The notes below the pieces were generated by a model. The model saw only the letters and a program-made list of their open reading frames with translations, was not told the origin of the DNA and searched no databases. 64,000 nucleotides of DNA from Balamuthia mandrillaris (lineage: Eukaryota). Shown here piece by piece: positions 54,061 to 64,000 of the stretch; positions within the stretch are counted from its first letter, which is position 1; each line of letters starts with the position of its first letter. Position numbers and translations under genes: made by a program. The DNA lies in assembly GCA_031835245.2 (NCBI GenBank), contig JAVKOQ020000106.1, forward strand, positions 1 through 64,000, given 5' to 3'.

Positions 54061-57000
54061 ATGTTTCTGTTTAATGTGCATGACTACACGGATCGCACTC
54101 CATCAGACCCCCGCAGCAGAGCGGAAAGAGGTTCCAACGGGTTCGGCTCGGGCTTGCTTGCGCAACTACCACAACAGCCCCGTTAACCCGGAGGAGCTTC
54201 CCCTTCTTTCCCTAACGGTCCCCCTCAACCTTACCCACTGGACGACGCTTCTTACTTGAGCGAGCAGCAATACCGTCACCCTTTTGCTTGGCGGCAGCAA
54301 CAACAACAGCAATCGCAGCAAGGCTACTACGACACTCATTATTCCGCTGCACCTTCTCCTCCTCCTCCTCCCTACGAACGAAGAGATAGCTTTCAACCCC
54401 AATTTCCATCACAACAGCAGGCTGCTGGCGCCACGTCCACTTCCTCCTCTTCACCAACGGGGTCCACTTCCTCCTCTTCGCCCTACCCATCTGCTTCTTC
54501 GCCCTCACAAAACGCGGCTCCGCCTCCCCCGGCCACCGGTTGCCTTACCTCCAGCGCACTTCCTTCAGGTCCCCCCAAGTATCCCTTTCTTGAGCGTGAT
54601 CTGCTCTTTGTGGTAACGTCTCTACCTCTTTCCTCTCTCCCTCTTTCCCTCTTTTTGTTGCTTAGTCTTAAAGCTTTGTTCCTTTTCATTACGTTGCAGC
54701 TGAGCGATGACATGAACAAAGGAGAGCACGGCGCGGCGTTATCTCATCACCCTGCCCACTCTCATCATCCTCAGCCTTCACCTTATTCTCCTCCTCAAGA
54801 GCGACAAACTCCGTCATCATTCTCTTCTTCCTCTTTACAAGACTTCCACAACTCCTCTTTTGCGTACTCTGGCAGCGTTGCAAAGCACTTAGCCAACGCC
54901 ACTGCTGCCGGCCTGCGCTCCATCCAAGAGCTCCCACCAGCACAACAACACCGACAATCGCCTGCCTCTTCAAAATCCTCTTCCTCCTCCACATCATCAT
55001 CTCCCTCTGATATTTATGCGTATCCTTCCTTCCTTCCTCCTCATCATCCTCATGCTCCTCCACACCATCAACAGGTAGTAGTTGAGGATGAAGAAGACCA
55101 GCCTCATCCTCTCCAACACCAAGATCACTATTACCACCGTTATCAGCAGCCTTCCTCATCCACATCCCGTTACCCTCCTCGGCATCATCACGATCACTAC
55201 CATCCACACCACTACAGCCAAAGATTCGAAGGAGCATTTTTTTCTGAAGGCGGTGCTGGCGATGCCGCCGCTCATCCTTCCCACTATGATCCCCATCTTT
55301 CTCCTTATTACTCCCATCTCCATCATCATCCAAAGAAACACATTGAAGGCGAAGCGTTTCACTTTACGCATCAGCCTCCTTCTGAAACGAGGACGAGTGG
55401 AGAGGAGGAGTCCTATGCCATTGCTCCTCGCTTCCACTCAAATGAAGTTGATCATCGCTATCACCAAAATCTAAACGGGTATGTGGTGGAAGAATTAGAG
55501 AACGAAGAAGAAGGTGAAGAAGAGACCGGAAAAACAGCAACAGTTACCGTGAAACCGGAAAAATCTTCATCATCGCTGTCATCGTCTCCGTCGGCTGCAG
55601 ATACATTTGCGGCTCGTCTTCATAGGCAAGCTAACAAGAAGAAAAAGAAGGATTGCGACGTCAATGAAAAACGAGCCAAACAACGCCGTCCTCGTGGTAA
55701 GCTTCAAGGAGAAGAAAGGTACGTTTTCTCTTTGCCATTCTCTTGTTCTCTTCTGGCTTTTTCTTTGTACCTGTTGATTTACCGCCGAATAGAGCAAAGC
55801 AAAATAGAGAAGCTTCCCGTCGCTACCGTCAGAGGAAGAAAGAACTGCTGATGCACATGAAGAAAGAGATTCAACGACTATTGCACGAAAAAGCATCACT
55901 GTTAAAACAACAAGAGTCAACTCTTAGCATCATAAATAGATTACAAAACCAAAACATGGAACTTCAACAAGAACACAAGCACCAAGCTAAACAAGTACGA
56001 TTTCTTACTTTGCTTTTTCGCATTTTTCTTCTAAAAGACTTACCTTTTTTTCTGCTCAAAAACAGCTAGAAAAAGAAAGGTTGAGTTGGGTGCGAAGGCT
56101 GGTCAAAGCGATGCACGATGACACTACAACAGAGCAAGAGTTAAACCACATTGTCAATACAGTGGGCGCTTATTGCGTACGGATCTGTAACCTCAGTCAA
56201 AGCCACATCAACGTATGCTTCAGTTGTCTTCTGCTGTGCTTGTTCTGTTGTGCTAATTTTGTTTGTTTTACACAAAAAAGTGGTTGCTATCGCCGGGAAC
56301 AGCTAAGGAATTGCTAAAGGCAGGGTACTTTGATAGCGAGGCGGCCAGAGTCGAACACCCCGAACGAGAAGAAAGTTATGCTTCCTTTGTCCAAAAACTG
56401 ATGAAAAAAATATCTGAGTTGGACGAGGAGCAAATAAGGGTAAGTTTGCCCCAATCCCTTGTGGTGCATGTGTGTCGTATCTTGTTTGGCGAATTATTGA
56501 ACGCACGATTGTTATTTGCAGCGTTTGCAAGATGCAGTACATCAGCATTACGAAAAGTTGGTCCCCATCCAAGAACAACGTTTTGAGTTGATTGACGAGT
56601 TGCGTGCTTTGGTGCAACAAACGGAAGAGGACAGTATTGGAGAGGAGAAAGCAGACGAGGGAGAAGAAGAGGAAGAAGATGAAGGAGGTTTGCGTGAAGC
56701 CTTTCAAGATAGAAAGTTTTGCAAAGCCATGAAAATGCTGTGTACGTTGGTATGTAGTTCCTCTCATTAATTTTTTTAAGTTGCGAAAAACTAGCAAAAG
56801 CATGAAGAAGAAGAGGAAGAAGAAGCAGAAGAAGAAGAAGAAGAAGAACAAAAAGAAGAACAAGAAGAAGAAGAAGAAGAAGAAGAAGAAGAAGAGCTAG
56901 AACAATGATCTTATTCTTACCTTTTTAAACAGGAAATGTTGCGAGATAACTTTCAGCGAGAAGCAGATCAGTGTCGTCAGGACATGGCAAACTTGATTAT

Positions 57001-57274
57001 GAACGTCTTGAGGCTGCAGCAAAGAGCTCGTTTCTTCACAGAAGTGGAATTTGTTCATATCAGTGTGATGCAGCTGAAAAGCGTGTGGGCTCAACTCCAT
57101 CCTTCTTTGCCTTCGGATTACCGCGAGCCATCTGCGCATTTGCCTCCTCGTTATTTGTATCCACAAATTCTTCCTCTAAAACATGCTGAAGCAGAAGATG
57201 GCAATGGCGACGGCTGTGGTGGTGACGATGGCGATGGCGATGGCGGTGTTGACAACGATGAAGAATGCAGCTAG
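54061..57274 (+). CDS. bZIP transcription factor with a C-terminal helical (DOG1-like) region; 5' part interrupted by an in-frame TAA at 54184-54186, so the true start is uncertain (54061 or 54712)
   Basis: Basic region and zipper GEER|RAKQNREASRRYRQRKKELLMHMKKEIQRLLHEKASLLKQQ; C-terminal VLRLQQRARFFTEV; several GT-AG introns. Confidence 0.85.
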
Positions 57275-57400
57275 CGAAACCTTGGAGTTCCTATTTTCAC
57301 TATCATGGAAGAGAACCGAGGGGGAAAAGGAGGATATGAAGTCATGTAACGCGGTGCAACTGTAAATAAAATGATAGAATAAACAGAAAAACAAGTTCTT

Positions 57401-59509
57401 TTACGCCCAATCGCCGCGTTGGATCTTCATGGCAAAGTATTGCTCGCAAAGAAAGGACAGAGCAATCGACGATAATGCTTGCAATTCCACTTTGACTTGG
57501 CGAGCTAGCATCATCTCTATCTCTTTGCTGTTGCAAAAACAAAAATAAATGAGAAGATAAGCAATGCAAGACTCCTCAAAAACAAATACCGCCAGAATGG
57601 GCGTGCGTTGAAACACAGTCGCTTCAGCAAGGCGATTCCTTTGGCAATATCTCTTTCGCTGATGGGCAGAAAACATCTGGAGGGGAGATTCCAGGTGGCA
57701 AAGTCCGCGCTGTGTAGACCTATCCACTTCAGCTCTGGTACTGCTAAGCTTTCTACCTCGCCACTCATTTTCTAGAGTGGAAAGATGGAAAACGATCAGA
57801 ACCATCAATCAGTCAATCATTTTTTGTTTAGTATATTCTTGTACCAAAGATCCAAAGGCATATGTGCTCAGTATCTCCATTCCCCAAACATCCCAATCCT
57901 AGTTGCACGTTAGATTGGAAATGTACAGTTACAATTCACCGTGTACCCCTTTTAGAAAGGAGAGAAACTTGCATGGTAGCAAGACTTACCACCATAGCAA
58001 ACACTACCAAATGAGGGTTTTCGTCTTTGAGCCTACGAAGAAACTGCCTTGGCGCAATACTTGGAGAGCCGCAACCCTGCGATAAAGAATTTCGTTACAT
58101 TGGTGGCCAAACAAATCACCAACACCGGAGGCAAAGGGAGTACAGTGATGAGAATGCAAGGCGAATATTTTGCAATAAACTTGTCTGAGAGAACTGGTGC
58201 AAGTTTTTAGCCAAGTTGCGATTCGTAGAGAGAAAATAAACAACAACGAGAGAAAATTGCATGACAAAGTAATGTAGGACGAAACAAGCAGAAGTTAAAA
58301 GGAATACGCACGTCGCGTGAATGTGGCATGGTCTTCAACAATTAGAATAAATCTTGCGCTTGTTTGCAAGTCTGTGTGTTTGATGATGCCGATAAAACCT
58401 CGTTATTGCCGCTTTTGCAAAAGGAAGGATAATACATACTTGTTAGATGGTCAACATTGTTTGGCACGTGCTTGCCCTTGTTTTGCAAGTTTAACACAAC
58501 AAACTTAGAAAAACAAAACAAAAAACAACACGAAAACAAACAATTTTTGGAACCGTGATATTATACCGTTAAGCCAAATTGCAGACAATCCACTACACTG
58601 TCCGCTTCATTCCACTTCACATGCCCAGCAACGAGTCCCCTTTCCGAAGCCAACTATCATCGAGAATATTAATAGTCTAAGTTCAATGGTCAACAAACAA
58701 CATACCAAGTTTAACCTGCTGCGTGGCACATCCAACAAACAAGCTACATGCTCTATAGCATGGTCGGAGGCATCCTGATTACCAAAGAGTGAAACGTCCG
58801 TGTAGAACAATTCTCTTGATAGGTTTTGACCCACGGTTATTGTTGCCGTCTTAAACCCCAGTGCATAAAAGTTTACCTTTTTGTCATGTGGACATTGTGC
58901 TTGAGAAGCTCCAACACCAATTGCATCACACGTATCATACAAACTGACAAGGGGAAAGAATGAATGAATACGATGAGAACATAGTAAAGCAACAGAGTAA
59001 ATACCCACCAAACGTCTTTCTAGTCTTTGCAGAATCATAGGAAATGCAAGTCATTTTTGTAAGTCCGTGTGGAAGGGCTTCGTTCATTTCCGAAGCATCG
59101 TCACGGCGAAGACGATTGAGCTGAGAGGTTCCATCAAAGGAGATGTTCTCCCAGGTTTGCCGTGAAGCAAAACGAAAGACGAGGTCGGGCTGGGGACCAG
59201 ACGGTACTTGGCCACCTTCGGGCAAGCGAGCCCTTGCATCCTCCAAAGTGCTTTCGATGCATGCTATTAACTCACTGGAACTGGAAGGAAAAACAAAACG
59301 ACAGACAGAACAACAAACTGGTGTCAGTACTGACAGCATACCAACAAGCGACGAACCAGACACCTTTTCACCGGACGCTTTTCCAACCACGAGCAAACCC
59401 TTCTCATTGCTTGCTTCTCCTGCTCCGTGCACTCTTTCCTTAACCTTGCCTCTATCAACGACGACAAAGAGGACGTGGTGCCAGCGGTCGTGCCCTTCTT
59501 CTTCTCCAT
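57401..59509 (-). CDS. SPO11: Meiotic recombination protein SPO11 (topoisomerase VI A-like), 12 exons
   Basis: Spliced translation: MTKRELFYTDVSLFGNQ (catalytic Tyr at 58802-58804); LNLLASERGLVAG; ARFILIVEDHATFTRLLSDKF; SPCILITGCGSPS; VFAMVDWDVWGMEILSTYAFGS; LKWIGL; KVELQAL...IQRGDWA*. Exon 1/2 boundary uncertain. Confidence 0.92.
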
Positions 59510-59608
59510 CGTTGCTGCTACCCTTTTTGTTGTGTGTTACTACTTTTTATTGTTGTGCTTTGCTACACCGTTTCTTTTTATTTTTTGTGCTACATTTTTT
59601 TCAGTGCT

Positions 59609-59654
<46 letters not shown>

Positions 59655-59825
59655 TCATGCGACCAACTATCTCTCTCTCCTCCCCACCAACTGTTCCTCG
59701 TCGACGTGAGGAAAAATTTTTTGGCGGGAACAAGAGGTTCAATCTCCGTCCAATTGGAAATCAAACGTGTCCATTAATCTTATTTTCACGATCGGGAGAA
59801 ACCAAAGGGTTCAGAGGCACCGAAG

Positions 59826-61196
59826 ATGAAGTTGTGGAAGGTGAAGCATGACGACAGCCACCGAGAGATGGTGCGAACACAGATTCAGAAGGAAGAAGAG
59901 GCGTGCGGGTGTGCTTTGCCAACTATCGTTACAATGACTACCGGCGATCAACCCCTCGACGCCGACGACGAAGGGGAACAAGGGGAAAACGCAGAGGACG
60001 AGCGCCGTTTCGCTCCGTCTTCCTCTCCAACTGCAGTACCTCTTGCTGCTCTTCTGTCCGTCTCTCCCAATCGACAACGAGATAAGCAGTCCAAAAAGAA
60101 CCGAAGGAAGAGCTTCAAAAAGACCGAACCACAGCAACGGAAACAATGCTCTGCGCTTCTAAGCACAAACCAAGCAACGGAACAAGACAAATGGGTGCTC
60201 TCTCTACTTCATTTCATCCGAGACGTGGCGCTTGCCCACCACTACCCACAACTGGATGCTTTGCAAACCCTTCTGCGGCTGAGCGAACAAGAAGCCGTAG
60301 GCTGCTCCACTTACAACACTGAGCAACTGTTGTCGGCCCTGAAATACTTTTTTGGGGAAGAGACCTACCAGGACCATTTCCCGAACATGGTCTCCACTTG
60401 CAACGTTTTGGTTCACGTTTGGAACTTGTTACAAAAAGAATACGAAGACGAAGAGAATGTAACACAACCTGAAGACGATAAAGAAGCAGAAGCAGAAAAA
60501 GAAGAAGAAGAAGCCACACAAGAGGAAGAGAATGCAGTGTTTTTACTGAAGTCGACGATAGAGGTATGGAAAGACATTTACCATCAGCAAACACAACAGC
60601 TACTAATGCAAATGGAGCCTTTCCAAGGCTTACTTCCCGTGGAGCTCTTCTTTCGTATCTTCCTTAACTTAGATGCTTCCTCGCTTCTGCGATGCAGCCA
60701 TGTCTGTCGACACTGGCGGGACTTGTTGGACGCTGGCAACAACACCTTTTGGAGGATGGCTTATGCAACGATGTATGGTGAGGATGACGACATTCAAGAC
60801 AGTGATGAAGAAGAGACGCCTGACATTCAATCAATTCCAGCCTTTGGCTACGGTGGAATGAACTATGAAAAATGGTTAGACCTCTATGATAAAGCGGTTA
60901 GACAACATCTTCTGAGAAAACGGATGGAACGAAGACCCACCATTTACAACGTGTGTTGGAAGGAAGAGCTGCTGAAGAAGGCTTTGGGTGTTAGCCTCTC
61001 CGAGTTCGAGAGACAGCCACTGAACCCGCCACCCAAGTTCGGTCGCCCTTATGACAAACGAAGAGACCAGCCATCCTGGTGGAAGAGGTACAAGCGAAAG
61101 ATGCGAGAGCGAAGAGACAGGGGGCTGCATCGTTCCCCTGCTCTCATTGAGGCAAGGATAGAGGAGGAGGAGGCCAACAGCCGTCCCTGTGACTGA
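59826..61196 (+). CDS. F-box domain protein, intronless
   Basis: LLPVELFFRIFLNLDASSLLRCSHVCRHWRDLL..NTFWR. Confidence 0.85.
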   Translation: MKLWKVKHDDSHREMVRTQIQKEEEACGCALPTIVTMTTGDQPLDADDEGEQGENAEDERRFAPSSSPTAVPLAALLSVSPNRQRDKQSKKNRRKSFKKTEPQQRKQCSALLSTNQATEQDKWVLSLLHFIRDVALAHHYPQLDALQTLLRLSEQEAVGCSTYNTEQLLSALKYFFGEETYQDHFPNMVSTCNVLVHVWNLLQKEYEDEENVTQPEDDKEAEAEKEEEEATQEEENAVFLLKSTIEVWKDIYHQQTQQLLMQMEPFQGLLPVELFFRIFLNLDASSLLRCSHVCRHWRDLLDAGNNTFWRMAYATMYGEDDDIQDSDEEETPDIQSIPAFGYGGMNYEKWLDLYDKAVRQHLLRKRMERRPTIYNVCWKEELLKKALGVSLSEFERQPLNPPPKFGRPYDKRRDQPSWWKRYKRKMRERRDRGLHRSPALIEARIEEEEANSRPCD

Positions 61197-61616
61197 CAGG
61201 CCTGTGACCAAGATTGAAGGCAGGGTCGCCGATCTTCCAATGAAATATCAATAAAATAATCTTAACGAACTCATAAAAATGCGAAGCATCGGTGTCGATC
61301 TGGGTTATCATGTCGACAAAAATTGAAAGTCGACAAAAAACCTGACTTCTCCCAACAAAAAAAAAAGAGAGAAAAAAACGTAGCACCTCCTCTCGGCTGC
61401 AGCTTCAACTTAGCAAACAACAGCATACATAGCCACAACATTCCCTCCCAAACGATTTGCACTTCGCCACACCAGACCACACCACACCACACGGTTCACC
61501 GCACAAAGCTTTTTCTAGTTAGGTTCAACCTCTTTGGATTTATTTGATTTCAAAGGAGACAAGGAGAGGGGAGAACAAAAACAAGAAAACAAAAAAAAGG
61601 TTCTTTTTTAACTTGA

Positions 61617-62009
61617 ATGGAAGTGGGGGAGGTACAAACCCCAGAGAGTTCTCTGGGGACCACCAACACCCCTTCCTCCACCTCCTCCTCCCCACGAGAC
61701 GAGCATGCTGAAGGAGGACAAATCTCTCCTACCCGCAAGCAACGAAGGACGAGGAGGAGCCAAAGCTTGAACCCCCAAGGCCTCCTCTCCAAGCAGAACA
61801 AGACGTTGGAGTTCATCACCAACCAGACCTTTCGCATCTTTGCCCAGACCATCATTCAGGGCAGGCTGGTCCAAGCCAGCAGCACGGCAACCGAGGATGA
61901 CGTTCCTGGAGGAGGGGCGGGCAGCAATGAAGTCTTTTCGGCTGAAGGCAGCAGCGACTGGGTTTGTCTCTTCATTCTTTCTATCCGTTATTTCGAGTTC
62001 TCATCACCT

Positions 62010-62054
<45 letters not shown>

Positions 62055-64000
62055 CGCCTTTTCTCTTCCTGGTTTCTTCTCCTTCTCTTTTCTTCTCTCG
62101 TGCTCTTCTCGTTATCGCTCTACAATAGTTGAACTTGAGCGTGGACTGCTTGTGGAAAGTGGACAAAGACCTCCAGCGCTTTTGGCAGTACAGAGATAAC
62201 GACACTCGTCGCGTGAAAACTGTACAGCTCACCATAGACATATTCGCTAGAGAGGAGAGCTCTTCTCCTGCCGGTAGTCGACGCCCCAGTCAAGAAGATA
62301 CGTCAGAAAGCCAAGACAGGCGAGCACAGAACCGCCACCGGCCTTCTGACTTTCTGCTTGAACGCTGGTGCCTTGAATACACCAACGAGTAAGTTTTCTT
62401 CTTTCTTTCTGCGACGTTCTTCTTCCCTCTTATTCATAGGTTAACATCTTGCTCTTTTTTTTTTTCTCTTGTTTGAATTGACAGAGCTAATCCTGATGCC
62501 GCAAGCCCTACCTTGAACAACAAACATACATTGGTTCTTCTACGGTCCGTTGCTGCCATGATATGTCTGCTTCCTTGCCATAAACTTGTGCGACTCTGCA
62601 AACGTCACCCGACAAGCTATTCTATTTGTTACTCCATCAACGACCTCAACTCTGTCTCCAGAATAACGTCTCTCAAAGTATCTAGAGATCGCGATGCCAC
62701 TTCAACCTCAATTTCTTCCGTGCTGGAATGGTCAACCAACGAGGAGGTTTCGGTTTCAACTCATCCACAAAAAGAAAAAGAGAAGGAACAAGAAAAGGCT
62801 CTTAGCGGTAATAACAATGGTCGTAGTAGCTTCAAGTTTGGAGAAATATCCACCAAAATGGGCAGTTTGACAGTTTCTGTGGAATATCGCAATGATATTT
62901 CACGATTCCAAAAGGTGTGTTTCTTCTATTCCATTACTCTTTGTTCTTATTCTATTTTTTTTTTGGAACGGATAACAGATCAAGAGCTCAGGAATTGCAA
63001 CGTTCATCATTCCGGACTACAGCCCAAATGCCTCTTCCAATGTTACCCAACCGACTGCAAACAAAACTGCCTCACAAACTGTTTCTACTTCTCGTGCAGA
63101 AGATCCATTTAGGCCTTCTTCCTTTCACAAGATAGAGCCATCAGACAAAGCCTCTTCGCCTCCCTCATCCGCTCCTCGCAAAATGTCGAATGTTGATTTA
63201 TACTTGGATGAGTACTTTGAGAAAAAGGTGCCTGGCAATAAGAACCAACCGTCAACCACACCTTCTTCTACAATCGCAACATCTGCTGCCATTCCTACTC
63301 CTCGTACGAGACGTAGGTCAGCTGCAAACGAGTTAGCGTCAGAAGATGACTTAACTACTGGAGCAGAGGCGGGAGATGCGTCCTATCCACCTTCTTTGTT
63401 CTCTTTGACGAGCCCTCCGTCCGTACCTTCTCTGCTTCTTACCTCTCCTCCATTCTCGCAAATGCCAGACACAGTAGGGCATAAGGCAACAATAGAAGAG
63501 AACGAAGCAATCAGCGGCGAATCGTCCGGGAGAGCACGTTTACGTTCGTCGAATCCGCAGCCGATTCCCTCGGCTTCATCATCTTCAGCAACCTCATCAA
63601 GACATCACCAACGTAAACAAACGAAGCCATCCGCTGCTGCTTCTTGTCCTCCTTGTCATTATGGTGGGCAAAATCCTTTTTCTTCTCATTATTCTACTTC
63701 TCCTCTGTCTGCTTCTGTGGCTTCTCCACACAATAGAAACGAACATGTACAAATGGTTCCCTCTTCCATGCCTACCACGATTCCTCATTCTAAGTCCATG
63801 CCTCCTCAAAGGCAGTCTACCGCGTCTTCACCTTCTCCGTTTTCTCCAACTTCGTTCCTTCTCAACAATTATCAACAACAGCAACACAAACAAAAGCAAA
63901 AACAAAACCAATTTCCTCATTCTTCTTCCTCTCCATTTGCCTCGTCTGGCCCGCTATCTCAGACACCACCGATCGGATCAGGCATGTATGGCTCTCAGTG
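61617..64000 (+). CDS. ATG13: Autophagy protein 13 (HORMA domain plus Ser/Pro-rich disordered tail); runs off the window
   Basis: FAQTIIQGRL; DW|LNL; LTIDIF; FLLERWCLEY; LVLLRSVAAMICLLPCHKL; FKFGEISTKMGSLTVSVEYR. Confidence 0.8.

Overview
Gene-dense, intron-rich eukaryotic genomic DNA with short GT-AG introns full of (GA)n/(CTT)n tracts and low-complexity Ser/Gln/Glu-rich proteins. The gene content and style suggest a free-living amoebozoan (Balamuthia/Acanthamoeba-like; inference only). About 24 protein-coding loci were reconstructed by hand: SPT5, a DUF2207 membrane protein, RPL36, AK6/Fap7, a conditioned-medium-factor (CMF) homologue, an UNC93-like MFS transporter, a CASTOR/POLLUX-like channel, Maf, a FERM protein, NADAR/YbiA, a ULP2/SENP6/7-like protease, FEN1 plus a degenerate FEN1 copy, a VPS9 GEF, a questin-oxidase-family protein, MAN2C1, a bZIP factor, an F-box protein, ATG13 and several hypotheticals. 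Signals the ORF track hides: (1) a 12-exon SPO11 meiotic gene at 57401-59509; (2) a spliced, ATG-free non-coding host gene at about 27430-28150 carrying two intronic box C/D snoRNAs with LSU rRNA guides; (3) an in-frame TAG inside a conserved KOW domain of SPT5 and an in-frame TAA near the 5' end of the bZIP gene; (4) a frameshifted, catalytically eroded FEN1 duplicate that keeps its PIP box; (5) a SUMO protease with Cys in place of the triad Asp; (6) recurrent TGACGTCA elements in short promoters. All exon boundaries and family calls come from reading the sequence and recalled motifs; no searches were run.
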